The notes under the pieces were generated by a model. It saw only the letters and a program-made list of their open reading frames with translations, made no database searches and had not been told where the DNA came from. From Callorhinchus milii (lineage: Eukaryota), in assembly GCF_018977255.1 (NCBI RefSeq), contig NW_024704746.1, forward strand, positions 66,712,001-66,776,000: DNA of 64,000 nucleotides. The letters are read 5' to 3'. Each line of letters begins with the position of its first letter. The first letter of the stretch is position 1. Made by a program: the position numbers and the translations under genes. This document shows, in pieces, positions 1 through 13,091 of the stretch.

Positions 1-238
1 ATGAGGAGAANTTTTTTTACACACAGCGAGTTGTTACGATCTAAAAGGCTGGTGGAAGTAGCTTCGATTATAGCTTTCAAAAGAGAATTGGATATATACT
101 TGAAAATAAAAGAACTGCAAAGATATGGGTAAAGAGCAGTGAAGTGGGCGTAGTTGGACAGCTCTTTCAAAGAGCCGGGACAGGGAAGATGGGCTGAATG
201 GCCTCCTTCTGTGCTGTAGGATTCTATGATTCTATGAT
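1..238 (+). mobile_element. CR1-type LINE 3-prime fragment
   Basis: ORF2 C-terminal remnant (TTCAAAAGAGAATTGGATATATACTTG), 3-prime UTR GGGCTGAATGGCCTCCTTCTGTGCTGTA and (GATTCTAT)n tail. Confidence 0.8.
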
Positions 239-3200
239 CACACGAGGGAAAGTTCCATTCCCAGCTTTAATTTTTAACTCATTCTGACACCAAGCTTTGT
301 CCTTCAATACCAGCACCAGGAATCGGAGAGTGCTGACAATTCACTGGTCTTCACTCATCCATCAGCAAGTCTCACACACAGCCATGAAGCAAACAGCCAC
401 CGGTGTCAAACTGGGCTACGTGCTCAAGTCTTGACTCAGGACTTGAACCCCTCGTGATGAGATAATCTTCAGATGAGATGTTCAACCGAGGACCCGTGTG
501 TGCCTATTCAGGTTGAGGTTAAAGATCTCATGGCACTAATCGAAAAGTGAAGAGAGTTTTTATACTCAATGAAAATCTCACAAATAAAATCATTCATTCA
601 CTTTAGGACAGTCTTTAAAAACATTGCTGCACGCAAACAGGCTTGTTTGCCCAGAAGAATTGTTGGGGGAAGAGACAAATTGTTGGGGGCAAGAGCTAAA
701 TTGTCAAGCGGAGATGCTATCTTTTGGAAGGAGTAAAATTGGGGTCTGACCTGCCTGATGGTATTCAAAAAGAGAAGGAATGGAGATTCTACTGATTAAA
801 TTGGTCATTCACTTCATGGCTGTTTGTGGGACCTGGTGCTATGCTCAAATTGTCTGCCTCACTCACCTACAAAACACACAAACACTGCATTTTTACAGTA
901 AATCCACTTTATCAACGTGCTAAGTCGCTATATTAAATGCAAGGATAATATTATTATTCTACTGGGGTTCTGGCCAACAATCCTCCAATCAAACGGTTAT
1001 TCACCTGATGGTTGTTAGTGGGATCTTACTGGCCCAAATTGACTGCCGTGTTCACCTACAAATATGTGACGGTGAAGCACTTTGAGACATTTCATTACGA
1101 TAAGGCGCTACATGATTGAAATTTCTTGCTTGCTATTTGCAACGTCTTTGGAAACAGCAACTCATAAGACTTGAACATATATATATATATATATATACTG
1201 GCTACTTAAAGCAGCAATACAAGTGCAGCTAATTTTCAGGGAATCATTAAGAATGCAAAGATAGCTTTTGGCAAGCAAAACAATTGAGAAGTATGAAAAA
1301 GAAACGGGTTGACAGTCTGGCCAGCGATTTTGTGATAACGCAATTATAGTGAAGAAATTCCACTCGTGATAGACATCGCCCACGATATTCTACCCAGAAT
1401 TGAAGCACAAAATTACAGGATTGTTCATCATTTCAGAATTTAGACCACGCAGATAAGAGTGCAAAGGGCTTTTCCCCATCTTTTACCATCCTAAGTTCCT
1501 ACATGATGCGAAACACGCATCAGGTACAAAGGCAGATTTTACTCCAAATATGCCAAACCAAATTCAAACCAAATCTATGCTGAACAACAGAAATTTTGAT
1601 TTTCTAAAAAACAATTTCAAGAAAAAGCATAATAATGATCCTTGATATTTGATATAGTGCTTTATCGCATCTCCGAGACGTCTCAAAGCGTCTCATTTCC
1701 TTCCGAAACAGCCATTCGAACACAGATCTCTGATGGTATATCTAACAGTTAGGTGGGGACAAGCTTGCATTATTTATAGCTTAGAAATATTGCCCTACCC
1801 CCCAAAAAAAACCTTAAAGAGGATTAAAGATTCTTTGCTTTACAGGTAGCAGTGATAATAAGCAAAGGGACATCAGAGCGTAGTAATGTACTTCAATGAT
1901 ACATGGACATATTCCAGTCCAACACAAATAAGTCTTTCAAGAATAAAGACATCTGCAGCAGACTTCTCTGTTAGCTGCTGAACAATGATGGTCAGAACAC
2001 TGGTTAGACAGTGCCACCCAATGGAGATAATTGAGGGCTACTCATTGTCACATCTATAAGGAACTTATAAGGGATGTATAAGTGACACATTTAAAAAAGA
2101 AATGTCCACGTTATTTAGATTGGATTCCGCACACAGAGTTTGGAAGTTCTGTTTTACAATTCATCCTTTAAGTTAAATTGATTGGCAAGAAGAAAAACCT
2201 GCTTATAGCTTGTTATATTCTCCTCAAATTCATGTTTAGGGACATCTGCAGAGTGCAAGGAAAGCCACGCTGGGGCCAAATGGCTGTCTCCTGTGCTGTA
2301 AAGATCTATGAATCTACAGTTCTTTAACTGTCTATTATTAACGAGCACAGAATATGGGGAGGGGGGAGGGAATGAGCATTAATATTCCAGATGTTGACCA
2401 ATGGCACAATTTTAGAAGTGGAAAAATGGCAACATAGCATCTGAGAAGGAAATGGTAATTATGACAATTATAAACGTCCCTCTACACTTAGCCATCAACT
2501 GCATTCCATGCATTTCCAACCAAGTAAACAGTTTTTAAAACTGGTCATTCTTGTGACTGTTTGTGGGACGTTGATGTGCGAAAATTGGCTGCCGCAATAC
2601 CTGTAAACATAGTACCATTACACTTTACAGTAAATCCTGTGAAACGCTTTGAGACGTTTCGAGGACGCAATAAGGCCACAGTATAAAATGCAAGAATAAT
2701 TATGGCTGTCAGTGCAGTGGGAGTCTTTACTTTGTGGTGCTTTTACAAAGACTGGTAAGGTTGGACTGCAGTGCAGCAAAGTCTGTTTTCTGATGTGACA
2801 CACTGGGTAAGACGCACAATGCAAAGTCAAGGAGGAAACATGGACAGGTCGGTCACTCTGGGCTGGTCTCTCACACCATCTGGTGGCTGGTTATTGGCAT
2901 GGCCGAGAGGAGGTCACTTCAGGCCACTTTCTCAACCAATTGGCCAGCCATTTTCAATAGTAATTTTCCATTAACTGCGCAAAAGGGAATTGTTTGCAGT
3001 TTGCAAGCATCCGCCTCTGCTAAGTGCAAGTCACAATTCAACAGGAAACAAATAACCTTTCGATATACTGCAATATACTCAATTAATTTAAAAAAAGGTC
3101 GCACTTAAAAGAAGAGAACAAAAAGCAGAGAACGAGCAGTACTTTAGGAATTACAGTGCATGGTAGATTTACTTCTCTTAATGCTGTTATTTCTGAGCTG

Positions 3201-3260
3201 TACAACATAAAATGTATGGTACTGCAAATTCCATCCCTTTTAATTTAAATAGTTCCAAGT

Positions 3261-3596
3261 GGAATCCTGGAGGTCAGTGGTTAGCTTAGGTTCGATTCCC
3301 AGGCGGGACGAAACCTTAGGCAAGTTTCCTTACTCCACATGCCTCTGTTTACCTAAGTAGGAACCCGGTTGTTAGTCGATTGGCGGATCACTTTTCAAGG
3401 GATAATAATCTTTTAAAAAATTGGTCACTCAATCCACGACTGTTTGTGGGACACTGCTGTGCGCAATTGGCTGCCACGTTTTGCCCACAAAATATACAGT
3501 CAATTCACTTTACAGACTATTCTGTGAAGCGCTTTTGAGACGTCACAAAGGCATGATAAGGCGCTGTGTCAAATGCAAGGGTTATTATGTTATTAT
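3261..3596 (+). mobile_element. tRNA-headed Deu-domain SINE (dominant family)
   Basis: B-box GGTTCGATTCCC, body GGCAAGTTTCCTTACTCCAC, Deu core TGTTTGTGGGAC..GCTGTGCGCAATTGGCTGCC, L2-like tail plus (TTA)n. Confidence 0.85.
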
Positions 3597-5672
3597 ATGA
3601 ATACGGTATTTAAATAGAATAGGGCTTTGTGGTCATTGCTATGCCGGATGAAAGTATTGCCTTCAATCACCGCTTGGCAATCCTACTGCCAAAAAGGCAG
3701 CTTCTTTTGCATAATTCCAAGTTCACATTCGCAAAGGATGCAGCATGTTAACAAGCACTAACGATAGCGCTTAAAACAAGGGGTGGATAGACAGGTCTCC
3801 TCACATCCATTGGATAAAGAAGTCACACTGAAAAAACATGATCTACAATCTTATAGATAAGCCGACCTATTTTCCATCGCCGCAAAATTCTGGCAACAGT
3901 TCCAAGAGTATTTGCACAACAATGCTTCTCTAATTCAGGCAAACGAAAGCACTTATCTTTCCCACTAACAGTCTCCCTCTTTGCATGTCGCCCTGAACAC
4001 AACAGCATCAATTAGGCGGCAGTAACACCGCTAATGATACCTAACGATTTACTTATAAACAATGGCAAAGAAGCGCTGAGGTTTAAAGGGCTTTGACAGA
4101 TATCGCACAGGCCTTTTCTGCGTCTAACCCTTCCAGGCATTTGCAATTCTTTTTCGTTTACGCTGCTCTTTTGGGACAATACACTTATTGATATTTATTT
4201 TACACAAGAGCTATACTATTAAAGTGCTATTAAAATGCAAATTGTTATTATTCAAACTGAATTTTGGTTTCATCTGCAAGTTAAATTTAAACGAGCCGAT
4301 TCCCTGAGAAATTGATGGATGAAGTAATTTTCCTCCCGGAGAAAATTTAGTAGTCTCGATCTCAGAACAAAATAGCATTGGTGGTGTGCGGAAATTGGCT
4401 GCTGGGTTCAACTGCAAAACAGTCACTACGCTTTATAGTAAATACTGTGAAGCACTTTGAAGCAATGACTTGTTAACGCGCTGTATCAAATACAAGGATT
4501 ACCTATTATTGGTGCAGACAATCTGTTGCCAGTTAAACACATCACAGATAGGGGTAGAATAAAAGGCTTGATTGACATTGCGCATCGAGTAAATTCATAC
4601 TTTTTCTAAAAATCTGAAACGCACAGAAACCGCTGCAAAATTGTGTCTCGTCAACATCCTAAGTGCAGGTTCGCTTGGCAGCAATCTGCCACATGTTGTA
4701 TGGCTCCCCCCTCCCCCTCAGCTCGGTGTCGGGCTCTGCCAGTGTCAATCGCTCTGGGACGCTATTCTGTGTGAGGGGCACGATATGAATGCAAGGATGT
4801 CATGGCACAAAGACGGGCAAAAAGAAAAAGAACTGGATGCAGAAAACAGCAGCAGAATTAACATGCACCAATTTAATGTTCTGCAGCCCCGACAAGGAGG
4901 TATGTGTCAAGAGAGGGGAATGTACCTTCTTAAAAGCAGCAGTCGCTGTGCATTAAATGATACCTAATAGGCTTGAAGGAGAGTGAAGGAAACTGACATA
5001 GGGAGCGACAGACCAGGCTTAAAAAGCTTCGAGCCAGTTTCTGCTCAATGGTGAACCCTGGCTAGTGGAAAAGAGGTTTCATTTTGAGTTGAGGCGTGGG
5101 CTCCAGCTGAGAGGACCCCACCTATCAGGAAACGCAGACTATTTACTGTTCTGTCACAGGGCAGAGAGAGCAGGAGTCCTATCCTGTTCGTTTTAAATTC
5201 AAGCCAGCCGTTTTCTTTCCTTAAAGCGCACTCAAGGCGGGAGGAAATGAAAAGCGATCCTTCCTGAGTTCATGTGGGCACTGGAAGTTCCTGCACGTCT
5301 CACTCAATTGCCGGTTGGTCGTGAACTATTATTTCCTGTCAACCTTTCTTAATAGTGTGTGACAGGGCTAATTGGTCCTGTGCAAAAGGAATGGAAGGAA
5401 ACTTGTAGGGGTCCTGAGCAGCTCAAGCTCGTAGGCCATTTTGCCCAAGATGATTAACAACCAGGGCCTTTTCAACCCGGGACCTCCTACGCAAACAAAA
5501 AAAATCATTTCCCAGAATGTTTCATTCTTAAAATGTATTCAGGTTTTCCCAACTGTGACCATTATTAAACACAAACATTTTCACTACGAGTTTCTATACT
5601 TTATATTTTATACCACGAGTCAGTTGTAAATTGACGCAGAGCCCCCAGAATATAATTAAAACGGAATTAAAT

Positions 5673-6050
5673 GGGAGTCGGGTGGCGTATTGGTTAGAGT
5701 ACTCTAACACTGGTAAGCAAGAGGACCCAGGTTCAATTCCCGGGAGGAGCAACACCTTAGTCAAGTTTCTTTACTCCATACGCCTCTGTTCACCCAGCAG
5801 TAAGCAGAAACCCAGTTGTTAGTTGATTGGCAGATCTCTTTCTGGGGGTAATAATCTCTTCAAAAAAATTTGATCCCTCAATCCAGGACTGTTTGTGCGA
5901 CACTGCTGTGCGCAATTGGCTGCCACATTTCGCCCACAAAATATAGGTAATTCACTTTACAGCATATTCTGTGAAGAGCTTTGAGACGTCTCAACCAGGT
6001 GATAAGGCGCTATATTAAATGCAAGGTTTATTATTATTAATTATTATTAA
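5673..6050 (+). mobile_element. SINE, full length
   Basis: Same head, body, Deu core and tail. Confidence 0.88.
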
Positions 6051-6674
6051 TTAGGTGGATGCTTGAAAAGAATGGGTGAAAGGATGCAGGGAGAGGTTGC
6101 TTATATGGAGAAAAGCACCAGCGTTGGCTCGATTGACCCATTCATTTGCTGCGACATCCATGGCGTACTTTTAATTTCCAGAAAGATAGGGCATTAATGG
6201 TATCCCTCAGTGTTAGGAATAACAATTACGTAGCTGGCAAACTCGACTTAAGATCGTCCGTGGATAAGAAGCTCTTTATAAATTTACTTCACACATCACA
6301 TGGGCTTTGACGCAAGCTCAGGAATTAGTTAACCTTGTCTGGTAAATTCAGGGCTGGCACAGGTCTTTGCATTGAAGAAACGCTGAGCGCTACTCCAGTC
6401 ACAGGGGAAAAATTTGAAGATCCATATATAAACCTATTAAAAATAATCTTCAGACACTCAAAAGATGATCTGTAATAGGTTTAACAAATGTATTTTGTAT
6501 TAAAAAAAAGGACAAATTGGATTTAAATAATAGAAGGGTTTGGCAAAATAGGGTAACGGGCAAACAGAGAGGCCATGAGATATCAGAGCTGTGGTGACTC
6601 CATCGGAATTACAGCCCCAGCAAGTCGATGTCTTCACAGAATGGCTTCACAAAAAATAAACTGTCTTGTAACTT

Positions 6675-7020
6675 GGGAGTCCCATAGCGCAGTGGTTAGC
6701 CCGCTCGCTTTGCAAGTGAGGGGACCCGGGTTCGATTCCCAGGCAGGGCGAAACGTTAGGCAGGTTTCCTTATTCCACATGCCTTTGGTTTACCTAGCAG
6801 TAAGTAGGAACCCAGTTGTTCGTCGATTGGCGAATTGCTTTCTGGGGGTAATAATTCCTAAAAAAAACCGACTATTTGTGGGACACTGCCTTGCACAATT
6901 GGCTGCCGCGTTTCGCCAACAATATACACATTCAATTCACTTTACAATATATTCTGTGAAGTGCTTTGAGACATCTGAAGGACGTGATAAGGCAGTATAT
7001 CAAATGCAAGTATTATTATT
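6675..7020 (+). mobile_element. SINE, full length
   Basis: GGAGTCCCATAGCGCAGTGGTTAG head; accounts for most of ORF 6575-7096. Confidence 0.88.
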
Positions 7021-7202
7021 AACTTGGAATTACTTGGATTCCCAGAGTCAATCGGCAAGCCACTTCTTCCCATCTCTCCTATTGAATGTGAACTGAGGTT
7101 TTACTTAATCTAATGTACTTTTTCTCTATTTTCAATCAATAGTGAGCCTTACGTCTTAACAAACAATAGGTATGTTTGGAATTTTGTCAATTCTAAGACA
7201 AG

Positions 7203-7219
7203 AGCGCCACCTGCCGGAC
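7203..7219 (-). promoter_or_regulatory. CTCF consensus site in TAF3 intron 2
   Basis: Minus strand GTCCGGCAGGTGGCGCT matches the CTCF core CC(A/G)(C/G)(C/T)AG(A/G)(T/G)GGCGC. Confidence 0.6.
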
Positions 7220-8271
7220 CTCAACTGCTAAAGCATCCAGTTTTAAATTTAAATCCGGCTTTAACAACGGCTTGAAAACTAAACATTTTCGATAATAATA
7301 ATCCTTGCATTTGATAGAACGTCTTATCACGTCATTGAAATGTCTCAACGCGCTTCGCAGTTAACTGACTATATTTTTTGTGTATTTTGTGGGCAAATAT
7401 ATTCAGCCGATTGCGCACAGCGGTGTCCCACAAACAGTTATGGATTGAGTGACCCAAATATTAGAAAATTGAAGACAAACTTAGATTTTGCAGGAGCTGC
7501 AAAGTCTTTGTTACCAAACCCATCTCAGAATTAAATGATTGCCCTGGTATGTATACAATTGTTCAAAAAGAAAGACTTTGGGTCTCCTCCTGACATGAAC
7601 GGCACTATGCAAATTCAACTATTATTATAATTATTATTATTAAAAATAGGATAATGCAAAACAGCTCAGGTTGTATTTTTTTAAAAGGTAACTATCTTTT
7701 ATGTTAATCTGCAGTACTGACTTGAGTAATTGTGAATTTTGTCTGGTTATTTTCCCTTCACAGTAAGACACGGTGTTGAAATTCGTTGAGGGTGGGTAGA
7801 GGATAGTGGGAGGTAAGTGGATACGGGGTTTGCCTTTGTGGTGCAAAAACGAGGGATCGTTAGCAGAAAAAAACTGTCCTGAGTTAAAAGTTTTCAAATA
7901 GGTTTACTTTTCTGGCTCATCAATATCACTGCTAATAATAAATCCTTGCATTTGATATAGCACCTTATCACATTGTTGTGATGTCTCAAAAAGCGCTTCA
8001 CAGAATATAAAGTTATACTTTTGTGAGCGAGACACGGCAGCCAATTGCGCACAGCAGTGTCCCACAAACAGTCGTGGATTGAGAGACTAAATGAATGCAC
8101 ATATTAACTGCAGCCCATGCAGATATTGGCATTAAATACCACTCTGTCATCGCTGGTTTGGTTATGTTTCACACTATAACCCTTAGCTCCCAAATTTAGG
8201 GGTTCCTCCATTCTAAAACCGATGAGGCAGCACCTTTGAGAGAACAACTCTGTTGCAGCCCTTTAGGTTGA

Positions 8272-9990
8272 GGAGTCCCATAGCGTAGTGGCTGGTGCAC
8301 TCACCTCGCAAGTGAGAAGACCCAGGTTCAATTCCCGGTCTGGGTGAAACGTTGGGCAAGTTTCCTTACTCCACACGCCTGTTTACCAAGCAGTACATAG
8401 GAACCGGGTTGTTAGTCGATTGGCGGATAACCCCTCCAAAAAAAAAAAATTGTAAATGACTTATCCAAGACTGTGGCACGCTCTGTGCAATTGGCTGCTG
8501 CATTTCACCCACAAAATACACAGTCAATCCACTTCACAGTATATTAAGAACATAAGAACATAAGAATTAGGAGCAGGAGTAGGCCATTCGGCCCCTCGAG
8601 CCTGTGCCCCGCCATTCGATAAGATCATGGCTGATCTTCAGACCTATCTCTAATTACCTGCCCTGTCCCCATATCCCCTAATCCCTCTATTTTTTTAAAA
8701 ATCTATCAGTCTCAGCCTTGAAGATGTTCAAGGACTGAGCATCTACAGCCTTCTGGGGTATGAATTCCATAAATTCACTACCCTCTGAGTGAAGAAATGT
8801 TTCCTCAACTATGTTCTAAAAGGCTGACCCTTAATTTTAAAACTGTGACCCCTGGTTATAGATTCTCCTACTTTATCAGCCCTTTAACAATCTTATATGT
8901 TTCAATAAGATCTCCCCTAATTCTTCTGTACTCTGGAGAATACAGCCCTAGTTTATTCAGCCTATCCTCATAGGTCAGGCCCTCATCCCAGGAACTAACC
9001 AGTAAATCTCCGCTGCACCCCCTCGAGGGTAAGTATGTCCTTTTTTAAATAAGGAGACCAAAACTGCACACAATACTCCAGGTGCGGTCTCACTAAGGCC
9101 CTATACAGTTGCAGCAAGACTTCCCTACTCTTGTACGCTAAACCTTTTGCAATGAACGCTAACTGCCGTTCGCCTTCTTAGTCGCTGCTGCACCTGCAAA
9201 CTAACTTTTTGAGACTGGTGTACAAGGACACCCAAATCGCTCTGAACACTAACACTATCTAATCTCTCCCCCTCTAGAAAATAATCTTTTTTTTTATTTT
9301 TTCTACCTAGGTGATTAACCTCACACTTCCCCACATTAAATTCCATCTGCCACCGACTCGCCCACTCCCCTCGCCTATCTATATCCCATTGCAATCTTTT
9401 TGCATCATCCTCAGAGCTTATTCTCCCACCGAGTTTAGTGTCATCCGCAAATTTAGATACGTTACATTCAATGTCCTCGTCCAGATCATTGATGTAAATT
9501 GTAAATGGCTGAGGCCCAAGCACTGATCCTTGTGGCACTCCACTAGTCACATCCTGCCAATTCGAGAATAACCCGTTTATCCCTACTCTCTGTTTTCTAC
9601 CCGTTAGCCACTCTTCAATCCATGCTAATATGTTCCCATTAATCCCGTGGGCCTTAACCTTGTGCAGTAGCCTTTTGTGTGGCACTTTGTCAAATGCCTT
9701 TTTAAAATCAAAATATACTACACCTACTGGTTCCCCCCTATCTAACCTGCAGATACATCTTCAAAAAACTCTAAAAGATTAGTTAAGCGTGACTTCTCCT
9801 TTGTAAAGCCATGTTGACTCTGCCTAATCTCGTTATGGTTTTCGAGAAATCCCATAATGATATCTTTAATTAAGGACTCAAGAATTTTCTCTACCACTGA
9901 TGTCATCACTGATATTCTGTGAAGCGCTTTGAGATGTCTCAACAAGTAATAAAGCGCTGTATCAAATGCAAGCATTATTATTTTTATTAT
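8272..9990 (+). mobile_element. SINE split by the CR1 insertion (8272-8545 plus 9912-9990)
   Basis: The SINE sequence resumes as ATATTCTGTGAAGCGCTTTGAG after the LINE. Confidence 0.85.
8546..9911 (-). mobile_element. CR1-type LINE, 5-prime truncated, with degenerate reverse transcriptase, nested in a SINE
   Basis: RT motifs QSQHGFTKEKSRLTNLLEFFE, SGVPQGSVLGP, KFADDTKL, WQMEFNVGKC (ORFs 9125-9685 and part of 9742-10095); (TTCTTATG)n tail at 8546-8563; ATATT duplication at 8541-8545 and 9912-9916. Confidence 0.93.
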
Positions 9991-12848
9991 GATATCATAA
10001 CTCGAGGATGAGTAGGTTGGACCCTGTGTCAAGGCATCAATTACTAACCTACACACACGCATGTGTCTAATTTTCAGTGATATAGTAACCGCCACAAAAG
10101 GGAGTTTATTCTATCACGATCGTGTGCAAAACACAGTTGTGGTATAAAACATGAATTAAATAAATGGATCTCTCTCTCTCTCAAACTGATCAATAAATAC
10201 AATGCTCACCCTAGCAACAGACGCCAGTTCTTTAAAATCTAAACAAAGAAACGTCTTTTAAACACAGGGGCTACAAACGTGAAAATGTACTTGCGCTGTG
10301 AAGAACCAGGCACAATGTTCACGTAGAATATCACATTTTATTTTAAGTGAAGGGCGACAGTGACCTGGGAATTTGAGACAATTCTCTCCTCAGCCCGATA
10401 TTACCAGTCGCCACATTCCCATCTGCTGCAGTTTAACCGTTTCACCTTTCCCGCCCACCCCATCCACTTTAAACAATCTCGAGAGTATCTCGTTCACAAA
10501 CCGCAAACATATTTTGCAATGGTCTTCGCGAGACTCTGTAATTCAATGATAAATAGTAATTCAAATAAAATCATATTTGTCTTAAACCTCAAACCTGTGA
10601 TTGATATGTTAAAGAACTTTGAATTTCTGTTTAATCTGCTGCTTTGTCACAAGGCAAGTTAAGGATTACAAGTGGTTCTGGTTTCCTTATCTAGAATCCG
10701 AAGTGTGTTCTGCAGAGGCCAAGAATTTGAAATGGATTAGAGCCATTTGTACTCTATCTGAAGCATAGTGGTTAGCGCGCTCACCTCGCAAGCGAGAGAA
10801 CCCAGGTTCAATTCTTGGCAGGACGAAATCTTAGGCAAGTTTCCTTACTCCACACGTCTCTGCTTACCTCGCAGTAAGTAGGAACTTGGTTGTTAGTCGA
10901 TTGGCAGATCGCTTTCCAGGGGTAACAGAGAAGGGAAAGAGAGTTGATTTGGGCCAAACACCGCATTATAAAGTACCACGTGAGACCTTAGGGAAGGAAA
11001 GGCGGTAAAGGGATCCATGGCTGGAATAGCCACAATTCTAATGCAGTGAAAGTGCATCAATCCATTAAAACACGGTTTATATAGTTGATTCCAATTAACG
11101 GGCACATCTTCTCACATCCCAGCTAATTCCCGATGTATACACCAAGGGCACGCAATTTCATTTTGATGGGGTCAGGAGGCTAAGAGAAAAATCTCTCTTG
11201 GATCCCATGATCAATCAGTGTTGCCACAATTGCTATACCGGCTCCTATTAATGAATTCCTTAAGCACAATGCAACGCTGAGCCCAGCAATGGAAATACAC
11301 TGTGAGGAATAATTCACACGGCTTTCCACTGCTCGGGGCTGTGTAAAGTAAATGGAAACTGTGAAATTAAGTTCAACGGTTTATACATAACAGATAAATC
11401 AGACCCTACAGAAATCTTTGGACCCCAAATTTATGCACCCCCCCCCCCACTCCTACCACACCACCATGCTTATATACTAAAAATACTTGCCGTTTAGGGT
11501 TGATGGACGAAAAATATGGGGATGCAAGCTGAATGCTCGCAAAACGTAATGCAAAGCTTCCTATAAAGAATGGAGTCCCGAAGCATAGTGGTTCGATTCC
11601 CAGGCGGGGCGAAACTTTAGGCAAGATTCTTATGTTATAATGCTCTATACCAAAAGCAAGGATTATTATTATTGTCCCCCTACCCTCCCTGCTCAATGTC
11701 CAACACAGTCTTGAGTCAATTTGAGATGTAACTCTGGAGCATAAGATGTAACCGTTACAATTAAGTCTGCACTGAGTCTTCAAAGGAGCCACTCATCCGA
11801 GGCTGTAGTGACAGTACTCTATACAGCAGTTGTAGTTGACTCATGTACGAGGGAAACTGAAAATATTCAGGCTTCGGGCACCAATGCAAGGAATAAACAA
11901 AGCCCAATAACTCTGCCCGCCTTCTAGATCAGATTCCTGAACAAATCACTACAAGCTCAGCCACCGCAATCTGATAAACCTTTGGCTTCACAATCCTCAA
12001 ATGTGATCAGCTTTTCAAGAGCTGCTGCAAAGTTTGCAGATAAGTTTATAGATAAGTTTCTGGGCTTTTGATGGTCTATCGTATACACATACAGTGGTGG
12101 AGGCTCTGTTGGAGGTGGGGTGGTGGTGGGGGTGTGGGGTGATCCTGCACGCTTGTCTGTGTGTGTGTGTCTTTGTGTGTGTGTCTGCCTTTGTGTGTGT
12201 ATATATGTGTGCATGTGTGTGCGCACGTGTGTGTCTAGAGCTATTTCTTTCAATGAAAAAAACATAGATCAGACTATCCATATCCTGTCAGATGGATTGC
12301 TTTTGCATCTGAGAACATTTCTCATAGTTTTAGACTCATGGCATTTTCTTAACATCTAACAACGCAGCATTGCGGAAAACCTTTGAATTTTGGAAAACTA
12401 TTTGACATAGTTAAGAGGAAGCTTGACACATATATGAGGGAGAATGCTGTAATGCCCAGAGACAAGCTTTACCTACCGCAGGTTTTAGAAGAGTTTACGT
12501 CCACAAATACATTATTGTTGCTATTTTAAAAAGCTTTGCCGACAACTAAACCTCAGCCTTACAGACTATTCTCTCATCTAGAGCTCTCAATTCTTCAGAC
12601 GCTGGCTATACTTTAGCCTGGCTCCGGCCTCCTGCTTTGGCCCTCGTGCCTTCAGTTCTACCATCAGGTATCGACAAACGTTTATGCTGCCCTCAGAATA
12701 AAGCCTCTGTAAAGCTTGCATAAGTCTGAGCTGTATAAATCGTATAATCGCCTAAGTCGTACATCTACCCAACTGATATGACTTATGTGAGGTTTACTGT
12801 ATTTTACAAAGAGCCATTCCAACACCTTACATCTATCTCAATGCTCAC

Positions 12849-13091
12849 CTTCCTGGGAAGAGATGAGTGGCGGCAGGTATTCTGGAATGTAGTCTCTCTC
12901 TTCGTTGACTTCCTTGGACCCAGTCTGTGGGAACTGAAGTACATTGTTTTTGCTGACTGGGAATGCCGGGATCTGGTGGGCAAATCCAATGGGCTCGAGA
13001 TTATGGATATAGTCTTCAAGCTCTGACAGGCTGATTCCCATTAGCTTGAAGGCCTGACCCAGATCATCCAAGGCAGGATCCGTCCGACCGT
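12849..13091 (-). CDS. TAF3: TAF3 exon 2
   Basis: ccag|AC GGT CGG ACG GAT ... CAG GAA G|gtgag, 243 nt. Confidence 0.95.

Noticed and set aside
9125-9685. 186-aa reverse transcriptase ORF as a host gene
   Set aside because: Frameshifted, 5-prime truncated CR1 LINE fragment
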